Below, in pieces: positions 28,989 through 37,880 of a stretch of 64,000 bases of DNA (the first letter of the stretch is position 1; every line of letters begins with the position of its first letter). The notes under the pieces are model-generated. The model worked only from the letters and a program-made list of their open reading frames with translations, was not told the DNA's origin and ran no database searches. The stretch lies in NCBI GenBank assembly GCA_016182565.1, contig JACPGI010000005.1, forward strand, positions 11,005 to 75,004. Reading direction: 5' to 3'. This DNA is from a candidate division WWE3 bacterium (GTDB lineage Bacteria > Patescibacteriota > WWE3 > UBA101185 > UBA10185). The translations under genes and the position numbers were made by a program.

Positions 28989-30018
28989 TGGTATAAGTAT
29001 AAGTTAGGGATAATCCAACAGTCAATAAAAACAATATTTGGGTTTGCGGAATTGTGTAGAAATAATGATCAAAACTGCCAAGTATTATAATCTGAAGTAG
29101 ATTAATAAAAAGTACGACGGGAAAGCCAAAACCTTGTGCTAGAAGAGATCTAAAACAAAGAAATAGTATGGCAAAAAAAGCCAGTAAAACAAAGACGCCG
29201 CTTTCTGCAAAGATAAGTAAAAATGTGTTATGAACAGGTTGGTTGAAAGTTAGAACTTGGGAAAGAGGTAAATAATTTGATAGGTTAACAGTGAAATTGT
29301 TAAGACCAACTCCCCATACAGGATTTTGCACTATCATCTGATATGCAGAAATCTCTAAATTAACTCGCCTGTAAATTGAGGGGTTTAGGAGAAAACTTTT
29401 ACCAAAATCCCCCAGATAAGTTAAATGGGTTAGTAAAAAACTTGAAATAAATACAAAAAATGTAACTAAAAGTGAGGCAAAAACACCGGATTTACCAAAA
29501 TATTTAATAACAAAATAAAAAATACTCCCGAGTAAAACCGCTAAAATGGCAAACTGACTAAATGTGGTAATAGTTCCAACAAAAGCCATAATGAGCACTA
29601 GATAAATAAAGCCCATTTTAATATTGATAGGAAATTTATGCTGCCAATTCTTTTTAACAGTATTATTTTCAACCAAGTTGGTGGTTAAATAGGGTTGTGT
29701 TGTTAAAAAATATAAAGCCCAAATAAAAAAAATACTTAAATAACCCCCAAATATGTTCGGATGCCTAAAGGTCGCATAAGCAGGTATTCTCTGCTCTCCA
29801 TTAATAGTGGTTCTTGCAACATTAAAAGTAGTGCTGTCGTAAACCTGCTCCCCAAAGAATAAGTAGTTATCAAATACTGAGGATTGCTTTTGCCACTGCA
29901 TAAGGCCCAATATGACCAAAAAAACTACCTGAAATGAAAAAATCAAAATAAAATTTTTGAGTTCTTTTTCTAACTTGACCTCAAACCAAATATAAACAAC
30001 TAAAAATAAACGAAGCAC
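28975..30018 (-). CDS. Polytopic membrane protein, O-antigen ligase/Wzy_C-like
   Basis: About 10 TM helices with a WGVGLNNFT-type motif in an external loop. Confidence 0.4.
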   Translation of the reverse strand: MLRLFLVVYIWFEVKLEKELKNFILIFSFQVVFLVILGLMQWQKQSSVFDNYLFFGEQVYDSTTFNVARTTINGEQRIPAYATFRHPNIFGGYLSIFFIWALYFLTTQPYLTTNLVENNTVKKNWQHKFPINIKMGFIYLVLIMAFVGTITTFSQFAILAVLLGSIFYFVIKYFGKSGVFASLLVTFFVFISSFLLTHLTYLGDFGKSFLLNPSIYRRVNLEISAYQMIVQNPVWGVGLNNFTVNLSNYLPLSQVLTFNQPVHNTFLLIFAESGVFVLLAFFAILFLCFRSLLAQGFGFPVVLFINLLQIIILGSFDHYFYTIPQTQILFLLTVGLSLTYTYTNAKV

Positions 30019-30051
30019 AAAAGTTAAATAAAAATATAAAGCGCTAGTTAA

Positions 30052-30339
30052 TCAAGGGGCTAAAATAATTGAAGGGAAGAAAGCTAAAATAAAAATTAGA
30101 AAAACTTGTTTATATTCAAATCTTTTAATCTTTTTAAAACCGCCTGAAAACGCCCAAGTAATAAAAAGCCCGAAAAGCAAAATATCTATAAGCCAAAATG
30201 TCGGTACTAGATAATCAACCAAACGTGAATTGACATACGAATCAACAGAAATAAAGTGCTTACCCAAATTTGTAGGTAGTAGTACAAGAATTAAATAAAA
30301 AATAGTCTTATGTAATTTAGCAAAACTTACTGAAACCAT
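30052..30339 (-). CDS. Hypothetical small membrane protein
   Basis: 95-aa ORF with 3 TM helices. Confidence 0.3.
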   Translation of the reverse strand: MVSVSFAKLHKTIFYLILVLLPTNLGKHFISVDSYVNSRLVDYLVPTFWLIDILLFGLFITWAFSGGFKKIKRFEYKQVFLIFILAFFPSIILAP

Positions 30340-30385
30340 TATTTTTGTGGGCAGTAAATAAAATAGAAATTAGATCATATCTTTG

Positions 30386-31147
30386 TCATAGCTTTAGAGA
30401 CAATCTGTGTGCGTCTAATGCCATAGTATCATCAATAGGACCAAAGTCTGTAACACCTAAAGATTTTGCAATTAGATAGTCAGCCAAGTGTGGGTTTCTG
30501 GCAAGGATAGGTCCGTGCAGATACGAACCGATCACATTTTTATAAATACATCCTTCCGTATGATCTTCTGAATTATTTCCATGTCCTTTTATGATCGTTG
30601 CAAGGGGTGTTCCGTTTTTGCCAAGATAAGTTCTTCCACCATGATTCTCAAAACCAACAAGGGTGCCTCCTATGCTATTTAAATGACTGAAGGTGGGTTC
30701 GTGCCTAGAAGCTGAATTTAATTCGCACACAACGTTTCCTATACATCTTGGTTTTTTATTCCCGAATGAGATTGTGTATAAATCAAAAATCTTAAGGCCT
30801 TCCAACACATCCCCGTTTGCAGCTTTATAATAATCACCCAACAGTTGGTACGATCCACATATAAATAAACCAACACCACCTGCCTCAATATAATTTTTCA
30901 AAAAAGTTTTTTTGTTGGAAAGTAAATCTTGGTACATGTCTTTTTGACTAGCATCGGGACCACCTCCCATAAAGACAAGGTTTATTTCTTTTGGTTGTAG
31001 TAATGAGATGTCTGTAGTAGTACTAACCTCCACCACTTCTACCTCAATACCTCTTTTTTCGGCACGGTATTTAAGTATCTGTACATTACCGTCGTCCCCA
31101 TATAAGTTTAAATAGTCGGGATAAAAATATCCTATCACCAGCTTCAT
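30386..31147 (-). CDS. gatD: Lipid II isoglutaminyl synthase, glutamine amidotransferase subunit GatD
   Basis: The N-terminus (MKLVIGYFYPDYLNLYGDDGNVQILKYRAEKRGIEV) closely resembles Staphylococcus GatD; CobB/CobQ-like GATase fold with a catalytic Cys (FICGSYQLLG). The stop overlaps murT. Confidence 0.8.
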   Translation of the reverse strand: MKLVIGYFYPDYLNLYGDDGNVQILKYRAEKRGIEVEVVEVSTTTDISLLQPKEINLVFMGGGPDASQKDMYQDLLSNKKTFLKNYIEAGGVGLFICGSYQLLGDYYKAANGDVLEGLKIFDLYTISFGNKKPRCIGNVVCELNSASRHEPTFSHLNSIGGTLVGFENHGGRTYLGKNGTPLATIIKGHGNNSEDHTEGCIYKNVIGSYLHGPILARNPHLADYLIAKSLGVTDFGPIDDTMALDAHRLSLKL

Positions 31148-32298
31148 AAAATTTTTCTTCCAGTTAGTAGTTGCCTTACATTTAGCATAGCTGAGTAATT
31201 TGGCAAAACTACAATATTTAATAAGTTCTCCCGAGTGTTAACTCTTGTAAGTACATCAGTATCTCTCATAGAAAGGTTTTCAGGTAAAATTTTAATGTTT
31301 GCATAATTTAATCGAACCCCCATATCAAGATACCTTGAACCGGAAACAAAGACCTCCTTATTATAAAAAGCCTTCTCTAACAGTTTTGGATCAACATCAT
31401 AAATCCAAGAAACATCTCTCCCATCAGGAATATCATCATTTAACACAACCCATACCCCATCGCACAAAATGCTACCATCAAGTAAAGATTCAAGGTTATT
31501 GTTAAAGCTGGCCGGATTTTTTGCTAAAAATAACTGAAACCTTTTTCCTTTATATACAACTAACTCACCTCTCCCATAGGCACTTTCAAATTTACTAAGG
31601 CTTTGCCTTGCATCCCCCTCCTCGACCCCAACAAGCGTGGAGGCATAAACTGCTGCATTTATGTTTTTAGCATTAAATTTCCCTACTAACTTTGTGTTTT
31701 TAAGATTAGTTAAATTATCATCAAATCTTATAATCTCACCTTTAAAATCTTTGACAACACCATCAAAATATGACTGGGTACCATCTAAAATGAGTTTAGT
31801 ACTTGGTGTTAGCTTAGCAACACATTTTGACCAACCATCTAAGATCAAATCGGTCTCACCGTACCTATCTAGCTGGTCCCTTGATATATTAAGAAGTACC
31901 AAGACAGTAGGGTTTATATACTCAAGTATAAGTGGAAGGTTGTTCTCATCGACCTCGAAAACACCAATATCGCTATTGTGATTACCAAACATATCCATAG
32001 AAAGTAAGATCTCGGAGACAATCCCGTTTAGAAGGTTTGCACCTGTCTTGTTATGAATAACCCTCAGGCCAGAATACTCTAGAATATGGGTTAAAAGTTT
32101 AGTAGTGGTTGTTTTTCCATTTGTACCACTCACAAGTACAATGCCTTGAGGAAACCCAAACCTCTTGTTTTTTAAAATTTCGGGATAAATTGTAAGGGCA
32201 ACATGTCCCGGCCATGTGAAACCCGATCCTATATTTAGGATATTAATTATTAGTTTTACTGTTTTTGCTAAAAATAAACTTAAGTAAAGTTTCCACAT
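31144..32298 (-). CDS. murT: Lipid II isoglutaminyl synthase, Mur-ligase-like subunit MurT
   Basis: GTNGKTTTTKLL Mur-ligase P-loop; the N-terminal region aligns with MurT (…FISGTNGKTTT…IHNNEGANM…); paired with gatD. Confidence 0.8.
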   Translation of the reverse strand: MWKLYLSLFLAKTVKLIINILNIGSGFTWPGHVALTIYPEILKNKRFGFPQGIVLVSGTNGKTTTTKLLTHILEYSGLRVIHNKTGANLLNGIVSEILLSMDMFGNHNSDIGVFEVDENNLPLILEYINPTVLVLLNISRDQLDRYGETDLILDGWSKCVAKLTPSTKLILDGTQSYFDGVVKDFKGEIIRFDDNLTNLKNTKLVGKFNAKNINAAVYASTLVGVEEGDARQSLSKFESAYGRGELVVYKGKRFQLFLAKNPASFNNNLESLLDGSILCDGVWVVLNDDIPDGRDVSWIYDVDPKLLEKAFYNKEVFVSGSRYLDMGVRLNYANIKILPENLSMRDTDVLTRVNTRENLLNIVVLPNYSAMLNVRQLLTGRKIL

Positions 32299-32514
32299 AT
32301 TTAACCAATATACTCAGTATATATTAAATAAGTAGCATCAGTAGTAGTACTGGGGATATGTGTAAAAATCATTTTAAAGTTGTTGTAATGCTTCATATTG
32401 AGTGTTATCTATGTTGATAGCCTCCTTTGTTGATTACTTCAATCTAATCGTTTTTTCTTCGGGTATGGATTACTGCAACCACACTATATATCACTGTGTA
32501 TAAGCCAAGAATTT

Positions 32515-32585
32515 CTGTGGATAGTATTGTGGATAAATAGGTCAAGTTATCCACACACCCTATAATTGGGTCAAAAGTTATCCCC
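32515..32585. promoter_or_regulatory. DnaA-box cluster on the 3' side of dnaA (part of a split or secondary oriC)
   Basis: Perfect TGTGGATAA at 32528-32536 and TTATCCACA at 32547-32555, plus one-mismatch boxes TGTGGATAG at 32515-32523 and TTATCCCCA at 32577-32585, in AT-rich intergenic DNA. Confidence 0.6.
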
Positions 32586-32597
32586 ACCTATCCAACT

Positions 32598-34025
32598 CTA
32601 ATTGGTAAGGGTTCGCTTGATGTTTACTGCATCCTGCTTGGTCTTGAAGTTATTTTCCATATCATCTTTTACTTTACCCACCCCATGCATTACAGTTGTA
32701 TGATCTCTTCCACCAAGCAACTCACCTATTGTCATGTAAGGTGTGTTTGTTAATTCATACATAAGATACATTGCCATCTGTCTCGGAATCACTAGATCTT
32801 TAGTTCTTTGCTTACCTTTTAAGTCAGTAATTTTTACGGCATAATAACTTGCCACTGTTTTTATGATGTCATTTACGTTTGTTGCCTTTTGTGACTTTTC
32901 TTTTACAATCCCGTGACCTAGTGCATGGGCTGCAAATTCTACCGTTGGACTTTCTCCCATTGCTTTTGCTTGTGTCACCACTTGTAAGTACGCCCCCTCT
33001 AACTCTCTTATGTTTGTATCCACCTTTTCGGCTACAAAATCTAAAGTTTCATTAGGAATGTTATCGTGATTTGTATCCCTTTTTGTTCTTAATATTGCAA
33101 TTCTAGTATCAAGATCGGGCGGTGTTATATCCGCGATGATTCCGCTGCTAAATCTTGAAGTAATGCGATCTTCTAAAGATGTAAAATTTTTTGGTGGTCT
33201 ATCCGAAGTAATAATTATTTGTTTTTGAGACAAGAACAAAGAATTAAATGTGTGAAAGAATTCCTGCTGTGTTGACTCCTTTCCGATTATAAATTGAATA
33301 TCATCAATGATAAGTACGTCCACACTTCTATATTTATTTCTAAACTTATTAGCAGCATATGTGCCTCCCCTATTACCGCTTTGAATCGACTCTATAAGTT
33401 CATTTGTAAATGCTTCACCAGTTGTATACCCTATGTTTAATTCAGGATGACTTCTTATAATCTCGTTTCCAACCGCGTGGATAAGATGTGTTTTTCCAAG
33501 ACCGACTCCAGCATACAGAAAGAATGGGTTGTATTTTGTTCCGGGATTTTCTGCAACAGCCTTAGCTATAGCAAAAGCAAGTCTATTATTTGATCCCATG
33601 ATATAACTTGAAAAGGTATAACTTGCTTTAAGTCCAAATCTTTCTGCCTTTTTAAAATTAGCCGATGATACTTCCGATGTTTGTCTGTTTTGATCTTTAG
33701 AATTAATTGAATCGGTTTGGTACTGGGTGTCGTTTTGAAATAGTGGTCCCATGTTTTGCTCTGTCTCTTTTTCAACATCTTTAATTTTGCCAATTTTAAT
33801 GTGGATCTGATAGTCGCCCTTTCCTATTTTATCTACACTTGATTTGATAAGTGACTGTAAGTTTTCTAATTGTTTTTTGGCAAATGCTGTCTCACAAACC
33901 ACATCTATTGAATTTTCAGTTAGGTTATCGGCTCTTGTGTTTTGTACCCATGTTTTAAACTGGGTTTCGGATAACACCACCTGTAATTCAGAAAGCACAG
34001 CCTTCCAAAGTGTTTTTATGTCCAT
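32598..34025 (-). CDS. dnaA: Chromosomal replication initiator DnaA
   Basis: MDIKTLWKAVLSELQVVLSETQFKTWV N-terminus; AAA+ Walker A NPFFLYAGVGLGKTHLIHAVGN; C-terminal DNA-binding helix-turn-helix. Confidence 0.95.
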   Translation of the reverse strand: MDIKTLWKAVLSELQVVLSETQFKTWVQNTRADNLTENSIDVVCETAFAKKQLENLQSLIKSSVDKIGKGDYQIHIKIGKIKDVEKETEQNMGPLFQNDTQYQTDSINSKDQNRQTSEVSSANFKKAERFGLKASYTFSSYIMGSNNRLAFAIAKAVAENPGTKYNPFFLYAGVGLGKTHLIHAVGNEIIRSHPELNIGYTTGEAFTNELIESIQSGNRGGTYAANKFRNKYRSVDVLIIDDIQFIIGKESTQQEFFHTFNSLFLSQKQIIITSDRPPKNFTSLEDRITSRFSSGIIADITPPDLDTRIAILRTKRDTNHDNIPNETLDFVAEKVDTNIRELEGAYLQVVTQAKAMGESPTVEFAAHALGHGIVKEKSQKATNVNDIIKTVASYYAVKITDLKGKQRTKDLVIPRQMAMYLMYELTNTPYMTIGELLGGRDHTTVMHGVGKVKDDMENNFKTKQDAVNIKRTLTN

Positions 34026-34178
34026 ATTCGTTTTATATTCCGAAATTTTTGATGGGGCAGTAAATATATCCTATTGTGTATAACTTTACTCGAGTTATCC
34101 ACAATTAATCAAGCAATGTTAGTTGGGGTTTATAGCTGATTGCTTTTTCCCCCACTATCGTTTAAAATCAAGCCTGTT
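34026..34178. promoter_or_regulatory. Candidate oriC / dnaA promoter region with a DnaA box
   Basis: Perfect TTATCCACA at 34094-34102 in the AT-rich spacer between divergent dnaA (-) and rpmH (+). Confidence 0.55.
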
Positions 34179-34334
34179 ATGTCAACAAAAAGAACCTGGC
34201 AGCCAAAAAAACTAAAAAGAGTACGAAAACATGGATTTTTAAAAAGAATGGCCTCGGTAGGAGGAAAGCGCGTTATTAAAAGGAGAATGGTCAAGGGTAG
34301 AAAAGTGTTAGCTAGAGAATACAACGGTAAATAG
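34179..34334 (+). CDS. rpmH: 50S ribosomal protein L34. The ORF-track start at 34140 is too early.
   Basis: [44 protein letters not shown] matches the L34 family. Confidence 0.9.
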   Translation: MSTKRTWQPKKLKRVRKHGFLKRMASVGGKRVIKRRMVKGRKVLAREYNGK

Positions 34335-34367
34335 GTTAATAATTAAAAAATCCCCTATAATAACCTC

Positions 34368-34721
34368 ATGCTTAAAAAACCAAATCGGATAAGGACCAGC
34401 TTTGAATTTGGTAGGGTGCGTAAATACGGAAAGCTTTTTAGGTCTTTATTTTTTGATATCTATGTTTTGGATGTTTACCCGAGGCTGGGACCGGTTAATT
34501 CCCGGTTTGGTATAGTAATTTCTAACAAGTTTAGTAAATCGGCAGTGGTGCGAAACCGTGTTAGAAGAGTTTTTAGAGAAGTGCTACGGCTAAACCTTAG
34601 TGCTTTAAAAAGTGGTTTTTGGGTTGTTATTTATCCGAAGTTTGCTAGTTTAAATAAAGGGTATGCAGAAATTAATACAGAGTTTAATCAGGTTTTACCA
34701 AAAATACATCTCCTTAGATAA
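34368..34721 (+). CDS. rnpA: Ribonuclease P protein component
   Basis: Basic 117-aa protein in the conserved position after rpmH; RNase P protein-like motifs ([21 protein letters not shown]). Confidence 0.75.
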   Translation: MLKKPNRIRTSFEFGRVRKYGKLFRSLFFDIYVLDVYPRLGPVNSRFGIVISNKFSKSAVVRNRVRRVFREVLRLNLSALKSGFWVVIYPKFASLNKGYAEINTEFNQVLPKIHLLR

Positions 34722-34878
34722 TTTGGGATTTCACATATGTAGGTATAGTCCTACATGTTCTGAGTATATGTACCAAGCCATAGAAAAGCATGGAGTTGCT
34801 AAAGGCTCTTTAATGGGGGTATATCGTGTGTTAAGATGTAATCCGTTTAGTAAAGGGGGTTTCGACCCTGTAAAATAA
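34663..34878 (+). CDS. yidD: Membrane protein insertion efficiency factor YidD
   Basis: [45 protein letters not shown] is the YidD signature; the start overlaps the rnpA 3' end. Confidence 0.85.
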   Translation: MQKLIQSLIRFYQKYISLDNLGFHICRYSPTCSEYMYQAIEKHGVAKGSLMGVYRVLRCNPFSKGGFDPVK

Positions 34879-34883
34879 CAACT

Positions 34884-35672
34884 ATGTCCTTAGTCTGGAA
34901 CACATTATTGGTTCATCCAATTTTAAATATCTTAGTGGCGTTGTATGCCTTATTTGGAAATATGGGTGCGGCAATTGTGGTTCTCACTGTTTTGATAAGG
35001 ACAATACTTATCCCTGTGGTTTTGCCTTCTATGAAGACTATGCAGAAGCAAAGAGACCTCCAACCCGAGCTTGAGAAAATCAAAGAAAAGTTTAAATATG
35101 ATAAGCAGAAGATGGCAGAAGAACAAATGAAGCTTTTGCAAAAACACGGCGTCAATCCGGCAACCGGATGTCTTACCCAAATTGTTATGATTCTTGTTCT
35201 TATTGCTTTATATAATGTTATAAATAAATTTACGCATGGTACTAATCTTAACGAAATAAACCAATCAATCTATTTTGCATTTCTAAAGTTTGTTGATGGG
35301 ACTCAGATAAACACCCAATTTCTATACATGAATTTAATAAAGCCGGACCCATATTATGTTTTACCTGTAATTGCTGGTATTGGTCAGTTTATCTCTTCCA
35401 AGATGATGATGCCCTATGTTGCGGAAGGCGAAAAGGCTGCTCTTGTGACTACTGACAGGAAAGATGACTTAGCTTATAATATGCAAGAGCAAATGCTTTA
35501 TATGATGCCTCTGATGACAGTTTTCATTGGCGCAAGTTTACCAGCAGGTATTTCTTTATATCTTTTGGTTACAACGATCTTCTCACTGGTCCAGCAGTAT
35601 TTTGTATCAGGGTGGGGTGGTGTTGCGCCTTGGATTAAAAAGCTATCGACCATTGCCCCAAAATTTAAATAA
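34884..35672 (+). CDS. yidC: Membrane protein insertase YidC/Oxa1, short form
   Basis: 262-aa, 5-TM protein with the YidC core (NMGAAIVVLTVLIRTILIPV...KMMMPYV...) in the conserved rnpA-yidD-yidC order. Confidence 0.85.
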   Translation: MSLVWNTLLVHPILNILVALYALFGNMGAAIVVLTVLIRTILIPVVLPSMKTMQKQRDLQPELEKIKEKFKYDKQKMAEEQMKLLQKHGVNPATGCLTQIVMILVLIALYNVINKFTHGTNLNEINQSIYFAFLKFVDGTQINTQFLYMNLIKPDPYYVLPVIAGIGQFISSKMMMPYVAEGEKAALVTTDRKDDLAYNMQEQMLYMMPLMTVFIGASLPAGISLYLLVTTIFSLVQQYFVSGWGGVAPWIKKLSTIAPKFK

Positions 35673-35707
35673 TTGTGAATAATTAATTTTAAAAAAGGAG
35701 TTATCAA

Positions 35708-36163
35708 ATGGATAGTGTAGTAAAAACTATTGAGCAGAAATTAGGTGAAATTCTAAAGTATCTAAAAGTCAACCCAAAGTATGAGATAGAGGAAGAGGGT
35801 GACACTTGTAAAGTATTTATTGATGGTGATGACTTAAGTTTTTTGATAGGTTACAGAGGCGAATCCTTAAACGGGTTGCAACATATCCTAACTTCTATAA
35901 TCAATAAAGATTTGGCCGAGTGGAAACATATTATTGTTGATATAAATGGCTACCGTGATTCCAGGAAATTAAAAATAGAAGATATGGTAAGAAACTTTAT
36001 TGATCGTGTACGATTCCATAATTCTGATGTAGAGATGCCCCCTATGAATTCTTTTGAACGTAGGTGGGTGCATATGTTTGTAGCAGACTATCCCGATATA
36101 GTTTCTGAAAGTGCTGGAGAGGGTAATACAAGACGAGTTGTATTAAAGTTGAAAGTTAGATAA
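35708..36163 (+). CDS. jag: Jag/KhpB-type RNA-binding protein (KH and R3H domains)
   Basis: Sits after yidC as in many bacteria; C-terminal R3H-like segment RRWVHMFVADYPDIVSESAGEGNTRRVVL. Confidence 0.7.
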   Translation: MDSVVKTIEQKLGEILKYLKVNPKYEIEEEGDTCKVFIDGDDLSFLIGYRGESLNGLQHILTSIINKDLAEWKHIIVDINGYRDSRKLKIEDMVRNFIDRVRFHNSDVEMPPMNSFERRWVHMFVADYPDIVSESAGEGNTRRVVLKLKVR

Positions 36164-36166
36164 CAA

Positions 36167-37285
36167 ATGATTTTTACCTGTCTACAAGAAAATCTGTCCA
36201 AGGGATTATCCACTGTAGGCAAGGCTGTGTCTTTAAAAAGTCCACTCCCTGTATTATCAAATGTATTAGTGGTAGCTCAGGACGGTCGCTTGAAGCTAAC
36301 CGCCTCTAATATGGAAACAAGTATTACTTTATACGTTGGGGCATCAGTGGAAAAAGATGGGGCTATTACTATTCCTGCAAAGCTTTTTGGTGAGTTCATT
36401 TCAAATTTATCCCCCAGTACAATTCGCGGTGAATTAAAGGAAAATATTCTTCATATAAGTACCGAGAAGACCAAATCTAAGTTTAATGGGGTTGATGCCA
36501 GCAATTATCCTGCCCTTCCAGAGATCAAAGATCAAACTTTGGCTATTGAGGTAGACCCAAAGGAATTTGCCCATGCTGTGATGTCAGTTGCTTTTTCAGC
36601 AGCTTCTGATGAAACCAGACCTGTGTTAACCGGAGTTTTAGTCCACCTCGAGGGTGGTGTCTTAACTCTAGCGACAGCAGATGGTTACAGACTATCTGAA
36701 ACATCAATAAAGCTTAAAAAAACTCGTACTTCCGAGTTTAACGTAATTATCCCAGCAAAAACTTTGGTTGAAGTTGCCCGTATCTTTGGTAGTAGTGGGG
36801 ACAAGCTTAAAATTGTGATGAATAAAGACGATAATTTGGCTTTATTTGAAGCTGAGGGTACAACAGTATCCACAAGGATAATTGATGGTAATTTCCCAGA
36901 TTACAAAAAACTAATTCCAGCTGAAGCCATACATAAGGCTGAGTTTTATTCTCAGGACTTACTCGAAGCTGTCAAACTTACAAATGTTTTTGCAAAAGGC
37001 TCAGAGACTCACAGCCCAATAACAATTCATATAAATCCTGAGGGATATATAAAACTTACTTCTGCATCCAGTGAGTCCGGTGAAAATCACACTCAAATTG
37101 ATGCTTCTGTTGAAGGTGAAGTCTTGGATGTGGTTTTTAATTCAAAGTTTTTACTTGATTTTTTGAACAACATAAAAGCCGAGAGGGTAGTTTTTTCTTC
37201 CAACGGTCAGCTTACACCAGGTGTTGTTAAGGGAGCCGAAACAGAGGGGTATATCCACTTGATAATGCCAATAAGAGGGAGTTAA
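36167..37285 (+). CDS. dnaN: DNA polymerase III beta sliding clamp
   Basis: MIFTCLQENLSKGLSTVGKAV... and a three-domain length of 372 aa, in an origin-proximal position. Confidence 0.9.
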   Translation: MIFTCLQENLSKGLSTVGKAVSLKSPLPVLSNVLVVAQDGRLKLTASNMETSITLYVGASVEKDGAITIPAKLFGEFISNLSPSTIRGELKENILHISTEKTKSKFNGVDASNYPALPEIKDQTLAIEVDPKEFAHAVMSVAFSAASDETRPVLTGVLVHLEGGVLTLATADGYRLSETSIKLKKTRTSEFNVIIPAKTLVEVARIFGSSGDKLKIVMNKDDNLALFEAEGTTVSTRIIDGNFPDYKKLIPAEAIHKAEFYSQDLLEAVKLTNVFAKGSETHSPITIHINPEGYIKLTSASSESGENHTQIDASVEGEVLDVVFNSKFLLDFLNNIKAERVVFSSNGQLTPGVVKGAETEGYIHLIMPIRGS

Positions 37286-37330
37286 TGATTTGTTAGCTTT
37301 AGGATAATCAAATACAATTAAATTATAAGT

Positions 37331-37801
37331 ATGTATTTTGCTCCACTGATCCCAGTTTTAATTACATTTATTATGTTTGAGCTGATACTAAAGCTTTTGA
37401 TAAAGGATAAGTTTTTTCCACGAGATGAGTTATTGGTAGGTAGATATATAACCGACTTTTACTACTTACTATTATTTAATGTAGTTGTTGTATTGATGTT
37501 TATTTTACTTGGCTATCAGTGGCTTCCAGAATATATCTTTTCAGAAATTTACCATGCAGTATTTATAATTTTTAGTTATATTTTAATTACTGTTAGCCTA
37601 TTAAACCTAAAACATGGTGTAGTCCCAAGCTTTACTAAGGAGTTTGCTAGAAAGTTGGCTTTTAATCAGGGACACAGTTTAAGTAAGCAGAACCTTATAA
37701 GTGGCATAGAAATTAAATATGTTGGGGCTAAAGCGAAGGCGCTAAATCTCACAGCCATCATTTTTGGTGTGGTGGCAATTTTTCTAACCCTTAAACTTTA
37801 G
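37331..37801 (+). CDS. Hypothetical membrane protein
   Basis: 156-aa ORF with 4 TM helices. Confidence 0.35.
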   Translation: MYFAPLIPVLITFIMFELILKLLIKDKFFPRDELLVGRYITDFYYLLLFNVVVVLMFILLGYQWLPEYIFSEIYHAVFIIFSYILITVSLLNLKHGVVPSFTKEFARKLAFNQGHSLSKQNLISGIEIKYVGAKAKALNLTAIIFGVVAIFLTLKL

Positions 37802-37880
37802 TAAAATTAACTAGAAGCGTACCGAAGCTTAACACAAGGTTTATATTTATATTAAAATGTCAAAATACCCTTCGATTTAT

